From assembly GCA_011109175.1 (NCBI GenBank), contig RDEW01000024.1:179199-243198 (forward strand): DNA of 64,000 nt, written 5' to 3'. This document shows positions 37,931 to 50,299 of the stretch, piece by piece; position 1 is the stretch's first letter, and every line of letters starts with the position of its first letter. A program made the translations under genes and the position numbers. This DNA comes from Dicyema japonicum. Taxonomy: Eukaryota; Animalia; Dicyemida. The notes beneath the pieces were generated by a model. The model was not told the origin of the DNA. It saw nothing but the letters and a program-made list of their open reading frames with translations, and ran no database searches.

Positions 37931-38746
37931 AACAGATAACAGATAACATGATTTATTCGCAAAACCCCAACTAACTAAACAAGGTAAGAGCCATTAACTA
38001 AAGAGGAAAGCCAAGATTTGGGGTCGTCTATATCGGGGCACTCTCATGAGACACCGAATGTCTCTTCTCCGTAAAAAGCCCCAATTACAATGCGAGTTTC
38101 CACAAGCAATGTAATAAATCACCGATTCTTCTCGTTTTTCTTTCGTATTCGTCATCAATTTCAGATGCTAAATCCAATCCATGTGCTTCAATTTAGTTTC
38201 GTTTATAATTAGAACTTCCATCTGGATCGTGCTGGCTATAGCAACCAGCACTGAGGCCCGTTTCCAAAGAGAACGGGCATTAATCAGGGTTATCCTGACT
38301 ACTTCTGGTTTTTTTTCGGTGGCTGCCCTCTCTTCTCTGTATTGAAGCTTCTACTGTTTCTTTTTTAGAATGTTTCTTACTATATGTCCTATTCCAGCCA
38401 GTTTTAATTTCTTATTCGTTCCAATTTTGGAAACTTCACTTTCTCCATTAAGGGCATTTTCTCGTTTTAGAGATAATTTTCCATTCGATTCTTTCCTTTT
38501 TGGTCAATTTTGTTTTTTTTCGCTATGTTAGCTTCAACAGCCTTGGGACATCTTCCATAATTGGCAAAGTCGATGGATGAACCACAATTCAAAAAACTTA
38601 TTATTGTTTTTAACTGGACACTGCGATCTTCTATGTGAATCAGAACAAACAAAGCATCTTTCAACACATATCCATTAGGCCTGAAGTATGTTTCTCAAAC
38701 TCGTAGTATATTTCTTCGTCTTGTAGCACCAGTGGCACCACCTACT
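37931..38746 (-). mobile_element. Internally deleted (bipartite) relative of the 20381-23329 LINE
   Basis: ORF1 zinc knuckle CFVCSDSHRRSQC; APE start (ITLINARSL...IINETKLK) fused at ~38186 to the ORF2 C-terminus (AHGLDL); AATAAA + (TGTTATC)n tail; flanked by CACCAT (37925-37930, 38747-38752). Confidence 0.85.
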
Positions 38747-39960
38747 CACCATTTTTTCATAGTGCCCCAAAAAGCGAGGGTGTCCCAAATAGCGAGGGTA
38801 AAAAATTATTGGCTTTTAATTTATCTTCCATACATTTTTATTTAATTTTAAACAATAAATTAAAATTTTTAATATTAATAAAAATTCTAACATAGTTTTT
38901 TTTTAATAAAATGTAAAAATTAAAATAAATCTAACAAAAAATTACTCTTAAAAGTAATCAGTAATTTTCCTACCGGTGTTTTTTCAGTTCTCCTGAGAGG
39001 TTTTTTCGAAATTCGTATTAGATTTTTAATCCTTGTGGACATGTACTAAGAATAAAATCTTCTAGAGAATTCATGATGTTTATGATTTCTTTAATTGATG
39101 ATTTTTTGGATTCACATTCATCATAAGTGATGTTGTCCTGAATAATATCTTTTGAATCCATTATTGTAACATCTGCTATCGCGTCATTTGTTAATTTTTG
39201 TCCAATTGTACATTTTCCGAAATTTTTGATCTGTTTTCGTTAATTTTCTGCCAAAAATTAATCATCGTTGTCTCTGGCATCATTTTCCATGCCTCCCGGA
39301 CAACTGTAATGACTTGTCTAAGATTGAGATTATTCAGATTCAAATCAGAGAGCAATTCTTTTTCAAATATAAGGGTAAAATCAATCAGTTTATTGAAGTA
39401 GAGGGACTTGAAAGATTTTATTATTCCCATATCTAAGGGTTGAATTAAAGCGGTACTATTTTTTGAAAGAAAAAGTAAATGAAAATTGGAATATTCTGCA
39501 TTTCTGTAACAGCTCGCATTATCCAGTATTTAAACAATTTTTCTGTTTTCATTGATCATATCTTGATTTACTTTCCATAACCATTTTGTAAAAAATCACT
39601 AGTCATCATCGAATTTTTTGAGGCAGCATATAGTACTCTGTGTCCTCGGCGTTAAAATTTTTTAAACACCGATGAGATTTGAATTTTCCAATTAAAAGAG
39701 GTTTTAACTTTTCACCAAGTGCATTACAACAAAGGAGAAGGGAAACCTTCACTTTAATTTTTTTAATTCAATTGCGTTTGTCATTAAATTGAACAAAAGA
39801 TTTCGACGGCGTTCACATTATGTATAAAGCTGTTTCGTCACAGTTAAAAATATTTTCACTTCCTACAGTTTCCGAACAGTTGTCATAATCAGAGAAAAAA
39901 TTGGATACTGAAGAAAGTTTAGACGAATTCTTTTCTCCACTTATAGTTTTGAAAAGCAAC

Positions 39961-40419
39961 TCGTGCCTTTTCTTGAACCGATCGAGCCATCCATTTGATG
40001 CTTTAAATCAGTGGTTCTCAACCTGGGGTCGATTCGACCCACCAGGGGTCTAAAATCAATCCAGATCGATCGTAACGAATCGAAATTGAAATACTTGGGG
40101 GTCGAAAATAAATTTAATATATTTAATTTTTTTTTCATTTTTAATTAAGTTAGTTTATTTTTAAAGTGGTAAACCTTCGTTCTTTAAATTTCGTGCCTTT
40201 TCTTGAACCGATCGAGCCATCCATTTGATGCCTTAAATCAGTGGTTCTCAACCTGGGGTCGATTCGACCCCCAGGGGTCTAAAATCAATCCAGATCGATC
40301 GTAACGAGTCGAAATTGAAATACTTGGGGGTCGAAAATAAATTTAATATATTTAATTTTTTTTTCATTTTTAATTAAGTTAGTTTATTTTAAAGTGGTAA
40401 ACCTTCGTTCTTTAAATTT
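39961..40419. repeat. 230-bp tandem duplication spanning the pogo/hAT junction
   Basis: Units start TCGTGCCTTTTCTTGAACCG at 39961 and 40191; a few differences between units. Confidence 0.92.
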
Positions 40420-42526
40420 TTTAAAATTACCATGCTTGTTTTTGTTCGTTTATGAGTCATCCTTCTACATTAAAAAATCGTCAATATAAAAATGAACATT
40501 TGGAATTTGGATTTATAAAAAATTCTTTTGACAATAGTCCATATTGCTTACTGTGTAATACTGTGTAGTCATCATTATTATCATGATTACAGTGTAGTCA
40601 TTATTAAATGATGCATTGAAACACTCCAAATTATTGGATCATCTTAGGAGAAAACATTCGGATAAAAAAGATAAACCATTAGAGTATTTTGAAGAATTAA
40701 AGGATTCTTTTCGTAAACAAAAAACATTGACACTGTTTTTTACAAATAGTATTGAAAGAAATAATAGGTGTAATTGCATCAAATAAAATTGCAATGATTA
40801 TTGCCAAAAATGAGAGTTCCCATGTTTTTGGTGAATATCTCATCAAACCATCTATATCAGTGTTTTTATCAAATCTGATGGATTTAAATCCCGACGAAAT
40901 ATTAAAATCCGTACCAATCAGCAATGATTCAATTCGCCGTAGGATTCACGAAATGTAATGTTGAACATATTTCATGTGAAACGCTTAAAAATACTATTTT
41001 TTTCGCTTTAAATTGACTAAAGCCATATATATGACAACCAATCAATTCTAATAGGATATGTCAGGTTAATATTATTAGAAGGTTCCCTTTAAGATATTTT
41101 GACGATCATGCTCTTCTTACAGAAGATTTATTATTTGTCAAATATTTGGAAACTGATACGACTGGATTTTCTATTTTTTCCGTAGTCAAATTATTTTTGG
41201 ATGACAAGAAAATTCCATATGAAAATTTGGTTTCTATATGAACATTTTTATATAAGAAAAAAATTTAAGAGGAATTAATTATGTTAAAATTCAATCCAGA
41301 ATTAAATCTATATTATAATGATTCACAATCACCTGTTATTTTTGGCAAAATATGAAAGTGAAAGAGAGTTATCCAAAATTGTGGACAGAAATAGCACAAT
41401 TGCTACTCTATTTTCCGACATCACACTGTGTTGAATGCGGATTTACCATTCTACATCGAATTGTAAATAAAGAACAAAACAGATTGGATGTGTCCATTAG
41501 AGAAGATATTCGCTTAAAAATAACACAGAGCCAGATATCGAAGCTTTGGTCAAAAAACATCAGTCACAAAAAAATGAAAAATGAATTAATACAACAAGTT
41601 ATGGAATAGGTAACATCTAGTCCACCGGTTGGCCTGGACTGTTCATTCGGCTACCACTTATCCTTGATATCCAATTACTAATTTATCTCCAGAACGTTGT
41701 AGGTACAAATCCAGTACACCCATTTCTAGTTAGTTCTCCCTTTGTAGGTCCTTTCCCCAATATGTTATTTTACGGTGGTCCCAAACCGTCCTGCTGGGAC
41801 CGATGATGTGGTTAACAAAGTCCCGTGTAGATCCAATTCGAATGTAGGGATCAAATGGTGTGGGTACCACCCTGTAAGTACCAACTCCAGTATGACATCC
41901 ACAGTAGTCTCAGGTCCTGTAGGGATCAATGTCCTGGATAACAAAGTCCCGTGTAGACCCGGATACGAATGTAAAGATCAATTGGTGTGGGTACTAGGTC
42001 CAACTTGGAAAATATTCGGTGTTTTGACCCTTTGGCTACTGCGTCCCCCAAAAGGTTCCTTGGTTTTTGTAGAATATATCCAATCGGCCCGTGGTATGTT
42101 TCTCCACCTTGTAATATGTTCCTTCGTCTTGTAGAATAAGTTCATTCGACTTGTAATACGTTTCTTCGCCTTGAGAAGAGTATCTTGCAGTCAATAGGTT
42201 CCTTCGTCTTGTAATATAGCCTTTGTAATGTGAATCTTCGCCTTGAAACTCCTTCGACTTGAGAACATGAAAGTAGCACATGTCACAGGGATCCAATGCT
42301 ATTTAATTCTTTTTTATTATAGATTTATGCTAAAATATCAACTTAACATAGAGTATATACTTTTTTTGTTTGATTTGATTATTAACAATGAATTCATTTT
42401 AGATAGTTAACTAATTTTACTTAGAATTGTCTGTTCTAAATATAAAGTTTTAAGGGGTCGAAAAATTTAAGGTGGGTCGAAAAAAAATTCAAGGGTCGAC
42501 GAGTAAAAATAGGTTGAGAACCCCTG
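40239..42526 (+). mobile_element. Internally deleted hAT (Buster/Charlie) transposon, same family as 30081-31410
   Basis: TIRs CAGTGGTTCTCAACC/GGTTGAGAACCCCTG; TSD CCTTAAAT (40231-40238, 42527-42534); H.FGEYLIKP, PISNDSIRRRI and dimerisation domain YPKLW...FPTSHCVECGF. Confidence 0.95.
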
Positions 42527-42689
42527 CCTTAAATGATTCATAATTAATTTTTGTAAAAATTTTTTTGCAATTAGTTTTAATATGGTTCCAGAAATTGGAA
42601 GAAATTCATCTCTTAAACGTAGAAAAGTTTCAAAAACTGATCTATCTAGTGTAGACGATTAATCTTGAGTGCAATACTGATTATTTGGC

Positions 42690-44875
42690 AAAAAATTACC
42701 AGGAATCATAGAACTTCTCAGTATTTGTTAAAATTTCATAAAAAGCGAGGAAGATTTAGTTTACATTTTCATTGTGTTACAGATCTCTACGAAGACTCTA
42801 TAAATCAGCTATGCATACCTGAAATCTCCCAAATTGTAGACTTATTGACAAAAAGTTAAAATCCGAATTCCAATAACCACGTGAGGACATTCGGTAACAA
42901 ATTTTAATATGTTAAGTGTAAAATCCTGATTTTGTACTGAGAAACTACTCTACTTCCAGAACAAGTCATTTTCAAAACATTGACGAATTTACGTGTGTCC
43001 CTTCCGGAAAATGCAGATTGTGTTTTCAATTTTCTCAGATGACTCTATAAGAGTTCAGAATTCTCTGTACGGTGATCGTGGCTCTCTAGTGTTGTCACAT
43101 GTCCAACATAGAGCACTACATTAAGCATATTGTTAAGGTATTGGATTAGTTACTGTATTTTCTTCTGAGTTGTCTGAGTTGTGAGATTGGTGTGGACTCA
43201 TTTGAGTTCTAAGGGAGTGTTTATCTGAGGAATGAGACTGGTAGGAGTGCTTTATGGCCTTTTTCAGTGGATCTGATGTGCTTTTTAGGATTACATGTGT
43301 TACTCTGAGGCTGATTTGAAAGTATTCTGGTTGGTTGAGTTTTTTATATTATCATTTATTTTGCATATTTCCTATTATATAATTTGTGTCTTCAATTTGA
43401 AAGTTTGGCAGCATTTAATTTTGTTTTATAGCTCTATTTAGTACATTATTATAATTAATAAGCCAAAGAATTATAAAATTTAATAAAAGTAATTTTAATA
43501 GGAATATATAATCATACTGGTATATTGGAGTTTTTATGTCAAATTTGTTGTGAGCTACTGGTATTTGAGTTCTTACATAGCTGACTACATTTTATTTTTA
43601 GTGCTTTCTTGTTATTTAAATTTCTTCAATTTTATTGTTTGATATATGTAGCAAGTTCTGAGAATATTTTAAGCTGCTTATTCGTTATCTTATCAATACG
43701 GTTTTCTCCAATATTTGAATTTTGTCTGTTAATATTGCAATTTTATCTACCTTTGTTGTACATTCCTTATTATTGCTTGTAGATATAATTATGTGCATTT
43801 TTTATTATTCTTCGTTTTGCTGCTTATTACTTTGACATCTAAAAATAATAATTAAAGACTTGATTCATTTCACAGAAAGAGATGTATCAAAATCACTGAA
43901 TTGCATTTCTTCAATATTCCCTGGACAATTACTACCAATAATCGTTTCCAAAATACAACTCATGCAATCGAGCAATAAATTCACCCACAAAGAAGCCGCT
44001 ATTCTGGCAAATGGCGAAATTTCTGAGTGTTAACCATTTTATAATTTCAAGGTTCATCTGACAGCATTATTGGTCACTTACTAATAATTTTACCTTATCT
44101 GTTAAACTGTTATACGCACGACAACTCAACAGTCCGCTCAATCTCTTGCTGGACTATCAGACGTTACGTTCCATCGATTTTCTTATTCTGCTCCAAGGAA
44201 TTCTTAGCCTCTTTTAATTGAACCGGTCTTTGATTTTTAAAATTTTTAGACTTTGTCAAATATCCTCGACTCCCACTATCGTGTGCAGTTTGCTGCCTGT
44301 TCTCTCTTTGCTATAATCGTGGAGAATAGTGGCAGTCAAATGTCCCCTTTTATTGATAGAATAATGAATGTGTGTTGTGTGGCATACAGTAGTATAAGGT
44401 CTTCCGTTTTATTACTTCAGAAAAAAAGTATTGTCCACTTTATGATGTCATAGTTGTGCTCTTTGACGTCATTGAGTGTACAATTAGAAAACAGGTAGAT
44501 TATGTCTGTAGCTAGGTTTTATGTTGACACCTTATTTCCGCTGTTTCTTACTAGATTTAACTCGAGCCCTAGGGACGAATCGTTGATTTCGTTATTTGAC
44601 GTTTATGGATTTGTTAGCTTGTAGATTGCCACTAGAGTTCTTAGTTGAGTTACAGAGACGTACTGGGCTCAGTCATCCTAACTGTTTATCAAACACTGCT
44701 ATCTAGAATGGAGGTTTGAGGATTTCTAAGTGTTCGGTGTATTCTGCTGAAGGGAGGTTAACTGGCAATTACTATGCAATGCAATGAACCTCATAACTAT
44801 TTCTGTTTCATCCATGAGGGCTCCGTGTGAGTTGTTTGCCGATTCTTTCGTCCTATACCTCATTTTCAACTACCT
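42690..44875 (+). pseudogene. TNPO1: Transportin-1 (karyopherin beta2) pseudogene fragment
   Basis: KEAAILA.GEISE, VRSISCWTI.RY, ILDSHYRVQFAACSLFA match transportin HEAT repeats; stops, deletions and truncation at both ends. Confidence 0.8.
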
Positions 44876-45289
44876 GAATTTCCCACAATTTTTATTTTTA
44901 AAATGATAATCTCAATGATTATAAAAATTTATAATTTGTAATAAATTTTATATTTTTTATTTGAATATTATTTTGGTTGTAAAATAATTTAACAATCAAA
45001 GTAATCCTCTGAGGTAATTGAGTGCTGTTTCTCCTGACAACTGCCAAAAGATCAAACACATTCCTTCTACTAGGAAGCAAACAATGGTTTTTTATGATCT
45101 CAAAGGAAAAGTCATAAGCTTCCCCATGATTATAGAAAGATTAGTTTTTAATGGATTTTCTAATCTTGATGATACCAAATTTTTTCGGATGACCAATAAG
45201 GTTATCATCGAAATATAATCTTTGGACATTTTTTAATGCAAAAATAACAAAGAATTCCTTACGTCTGATATCAAATACTTTTGATAGTG

Positions 45290-46345
45290 TTAAATATGTG
45301 GTTACTATGGTTTTTGGTGAGGTGGTTACGTGCATCGTTTTTTCTCTGTACAACGATTAAGAAAAATGTCTGAAAAACACTCATTATACAATCGAGAACT
45401 AAGGCTAATGACGTTCTACGTACGTGGAATATCGAAAGATTGGACAACGAAAGTACTTTGTGACGATCTCGAGAATAACAAAATATCTATTGGCTGCCTT
45501 CAAGAGACGAAAATCGAAAATAGACGTGATGAGAAATGGAACAACTACCGACTGATTCTCTTCCAACTGAATGTAAACACTATGGCATGAGATTTGTTCA
45601 ACACGTGGATTACCTCAAAAAATTACATTGCTATTGAGAGTCAACGACCGAATATGTGTCCTACAAGTCAAACTAAATGAACTATCCCGTCCAATAGTCT
45701 ATTAACTGTCATAAATGTCTATGCACAACACTGTGGACGAGTAATAAAGAACCCTGATGAGCTAAAAATTCTATTCAGAACTATCAAGCACATACTCTAA
45801 TAATGCTTCATCGTCCCTTGTCTTGTTACGGGAGATGTGAATGCAAAGGCAGGAATGCGAATAAGGCCCGAAGAATCCTCTATTAAGGAGAAATGCATAT
45901 GGAGCCTCTCTGGTGAACTTTGCGAGGCAAATAGCCTTTTTCTGTGCAACACGGCCTTCACGCACTCAGCATTGCACAAAATGACGTGGCACGGACAAAG
46001 AAAAAACTCTGTCGGAGAGACCGTGAATATATAATCAAATCGATTACATTATTTTCCGAAAGTCTGATAAACACCGGATAAATGATGCACGTTCCTACCA
46101 GGGAACAACAACTGACAGCGACCACAGGATCGTCATTGCAAAACATTTTGTAAAAAAGCACCTGACTGGAAAAAATACATTGAAAACGCGAAGAAGGCGA
46201 AAAAAGGCCCAATATATACTTTCATACAGAAAAATTGTGGTTAGAGCCCACTTGTAGAGCTAAATATTACGAACAAATCGAGACTCTTATGGAGAAAACC
46301 GCACCAGAATTATCAGTACGAACTCTGTGGGATTAAACAAAGCAG
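45290..46345 (+). mobile_element. 5' (endonuclease) part of RTE family 1
   Basis: TFYVRG, CLQETK, INVYA, GDVNAK, NQIDY, SDH; its 3' end matches the 5' end of the RTE at 15555-17696. Confidence 0.88.
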
Positions 46346-46429
46346 GTAATGTCGTATAACATCACGTCCGGGTAAAGTATCTCGTCCGGGCTGATAAGTC
46401 TTACTTATCATTATAAAACAAATGGTTAC

Positions 46430-46920
46430 CGGCTTCTTTTCAGAGGAAAAACAAAATTTTTAATTTCGTCAAAAACATTTTCGACGTAGTATGTGACAAA
46501 AAAGGAAGATTTTGACATCGGTCTCCGATTTTTAAAGGAAAAACGAAATTTTTTAATTTCGTCCAAAAACATGTTCGACGTAGTATGGGAGAAAAAAGGG
46601 AGACTTGACATCGATCCCCGATTTTCAGATTAATTAGGGTGAATTAAAAAAAAGATAATGGTCTATGTGAGAAGGAGTTAAGGAATATTAGAGAGTGGAT
46701 TAGGGTGTATTAAAGAATGTGTTAGGGTAAATAAAAATATGAATTATGGTGTATTAGAGAATAGATTTGGATTTATTAGAGAATGGAATAGGGTGAATTA
46801 AAATATGTGTTAGTGTAAATTAGAGAATGAGTTATGTTGTATTAGAGAATGGATTAGGGTAATTAGGAGTTAGTTTGAATTAGAAAATAAATTAGGGCGA
46901 ATAAGAGAATGGGTAGGGTA
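46430..46920. repeat. Two ~90-bp tandem units followed by a degenerate ~21-bp TTAGGG-containing minisatellite
   Basis: GGAAAAAC.AAATTTTTAATTTCGTC.AAAAACAT.TTCGACGTAGTATG twice, then repeated variants of TATTAGAGAATGGATTAGGGT. Confidence 0.75.
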
Positions 46921-48162
46921 AATTAAAGCATCAGTTGTTTCTATACATTCATAAAGTTTAAAAGGTCAATTAATAGGTCATCAGCATATGATAAGATGAA
47001 ATCGATTAATAGGTCATCAGCATATGATACGATGAAATCGTTTTTATTATCGGGTTGTTGTAATTCTGACATGTATAAGTTAAATAAAGATGGTGATATA
47101 GGAAAACCTTGTGGGACACTATTGGGCAGAACTAAAAGGACGAGAATTCAGCTTGCATAGTGTTAATTAATAACAATTGATTTTCTTTGGATTTAATTAC
47201 ATTTATTTAAATAAAGCATCAAATATTTTCAAAAAATAATCATTAAAGTATCAATCTTTTTCGATCATTTTATTAAACATGGAAAACTTCTATCTACCAA
47301 AACAGTTGTTGCAAGACAATTCCAAAAGTTTTGAAAAAAAATCTAGACAAAAGTCTTTAAAATTCTCATTTTTGATATTTTTTAATAAAATATTAATTGT
47401 CCTTTTTACAAGATAAAATTTGAAATCACACGAATCCTATTCAAATTTGATTGAATCTATATATTTTATTGAATCCATAATGGCAAAAAATTATCTTTGC
47501 AATTTGCTTATTTTCAGAATATAGGACAGTTTCCAGATAATTGGAAATGTATTCATGTTTGTTGAATAGTTGAAAATCAATGTGATTGCATCAATCGCAA
47601 TAGGTCTCAATTACTTGACAAATGAAAACGGTGACATCCAGCATCTTGCATTTGTGTTTCCACAAACAAATGGAGATTTCTACAAACAATCCCACGGATT
47701 CTACAACAATTTCATAAAATGAGCACTCTAGTTATTTCAGATAACAAACCATTATTGGAAATCAACTAAAGTCATAAGAAGCAATGCTATACACAAGATT
47801 CTAGAGAGTATTCACATATTGTAAAAGCGAATCTTCACTACTGTTGGACTTTCGCGTATAGTTATCTTGGCTACGCTGTGGTCATCACTTGAATTTTCAT
47901 TCATAAATATACAGGATTGGACAATCGACCTTTCCATTATGTACATCGTGACCAGAGGACGGGTCATCGCTTCACTTGTCCGGGTTTACCAACTAATTCT
48001 CTACAAAAATGAAATTACCTGTAGGATGTTCTGAGCGTCCTCTCTTAGCAACAACTTTTTTGATTATGACCTAATTCTATAAAATAACGATTTTATGTAA
48101 AGCAGATAATAAAGAATGTTAGGGAAAATTCCAGATTATTATTAAAGTAAAACATCTATTAG

Positions 48163-49006
48163 TTAGTCACTAACTAAAGGTATGTCCGAACTATCTTTTT
48201 ATAAGGATATTTGGCGTATAATATAACAAAAATACCAAAAATGCTCGATATAACAAACCCAGCAATAACAGGCGCAAATCGTCTCGAATTATTAGAAGAT
48301 ACTATTTCAGGCTTATTTTCAAAATGTTTAATTACTTTGCTAGTTTTTTTGTAGTTATTCTCAATTTTCAAAGACGTGATGATTTTGTGTTTATTCACTT
48401 TTGTAGTCTTATTGTGATTACTCATATGGTTCTCACGTGGACAGATGCATTTATTGTCTAGTATTAATTTGTACTATACCATTCCCTTCAAAATTCTGAA
48501 TTTTTGATTCTCTTGAAAATTGAAATTTAAACTCGTTAATTTTCAGAAAAAAGGGCTCTTTTATAATCGTTAATTCTTTGCATTTACAATATCCACCAAG
48601 TTTGTGAGTCATGTTAACCTTTCGCATGATATATTCGACTAAATGCAAATAAATAACTACAAGGAAGATAAGTAACTGAAATTTCAAACAGTGTAGCTCT
48701 AACGCGATACACATGTGCTTTAAAAGTTAACAGATAATTATTATTTTTCAGATGTACACAAGAAATATTATTTTTTGAACCAATCCACCCACGTTCGTTA
48801 AATAATACATGTTTTTGCTAAAATTATATCTTGCATACTATTTTACCATCATGATGAACTAACGATATTTTTCCACTGAGAATTACATTAATATGACCGT
48901 CGTTTGTTAAAACGAATTTGGAAGAAACTAATCTAACATTCAAGGCGAGTAAATTAATGATGATTACTAAATAAAAATATATTGTGATACTTATTAATTG
49001 ACCCAT
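48163..49006 (-). CDS. LAMP/CD68-like type I membrane protein, subfamily M copy 2
   Basis: Paralog of 36992-37837; ORF-track pieces 48824-49006, 48451-48714 and 48174-48425 join through micro-introns; TM FAPVIAGFVISSIFGIFVILY. Confidence 0.68.
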
Positions 49007-50299
49007 TATTAGTTTGATTTAACAAGTGATTATTTAGTTTAATTTAATTTTTATTAATTTAAAAATTAATTATGAGTAATTTTATAAATGTTAATTGAGG
49101 ATGTCTCAGAATATATTGAGATTGTCTAAAAAGACGAAAAATCGTTACTACTGAAAAACTAAACTACCTTCCAATCTTGGAATACCTTATGGAACGCCAC
49201 TGTTAGTTCCGTAGGATAATACAGTCTCCTGACCATCCCCTTGGACCTGACATCAAAGTAGTGGACACCTGCCGGAGATAAAAGAAGAAACTTTCTCTTT
49301 TGTGGAGATTAATCCAGGACTCCAAAACTAACCGACAGAAAAGGAATTATATGCACACTGAAATCACGTAATGAAACGAAAACTTTTGTTATCATTATCG
49401 TATTTCTGTTTTTTGATATGAATGAGAAAATATCTAGTTGATCATATGTGTAAAGAACATTTGTTTGGATAGTAAGTAATAGTTTGGAACTATTCGTTTC
49501 AAATATGCAGTTTTATAACGAGTTTGTGACCTACAAGAAAACCAAATGTAATAGTAAAATGAATGGTAACTTAATCCACTCCCCAACAAATAGTAGCTCC
49601 CTATCAAAAGAGATGCCAGTTTACAGTTAACGATATCTTCCGGAATTGGTAAACCTATCATGTAAGTTCTAAATAACATAAGAGAAATAGTAAAAAAGGC
49701 GTTTTGAAATGCTTAAAAAATTAAATGCCACAATTTGATCATCGAATGTGCTTTATGTTACTACAATGGCTACATTGAATTGAGTATATAGAACACTGTA
49801 CATAAAAAAAACTGATAGCTCGTCTGATGATTGCTAAATAAACTACAAATTGACCTCAAATTGACTTGCAAAAAGAATATATTCAAAAAATATTTGAATT
49901 GGTAAACTGAGCTCAGTCTCTTTCAAGATGACACTGGAACTTAAGGCGTATCTGGAAAGAAGGAGGTTGTGTAGAAAACCTGGAATTTATGGAACAAATC
50001 ACTAAAAAACTCAAATGGCCACCATCATGGAGTTCCTTTATTACATGGAATACTTTCTGATGAATATCTTAACAAGTGCACCAGGTTAAAGTTGACCGTC
50101 TCAAAGAACATATTCTCAGTGCTATTTAAATCGACGGAATAGAATTAGAGAGAGGTTGTCAACTTGGCTTGTGAATGGAACATCTCTCCCAATCTAAAAT
50201 TATGCAGAAAATCTAATCTGAGATCCTTGCGAATACGACTATCCATACTGATATTAAATACGATGTATAAACCGGATAAAAATGAATGAACTATAACTG

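Larger units (their letters stand above)
37904..42690 (-). mobile_element. pogo/Tigger-like DNA transposon, 5' end lost, with nested LINE derivative and hAT
   Basis: TA|CAGTACGACCTC terminus; HTH LPISGTILK..A and FKASNGWLDRFKKRH; DDE motifs FNCDETAL, LDNAS, IQPLDMGIIKSFK. Confidence 0.9.

Noticed and set aside
46630-46920. Telomere or interstitial telomeric array
   Set aside because: TTAGGG occurs only as part of a degenerate ~21-bp unit, never as tandem hexamers.
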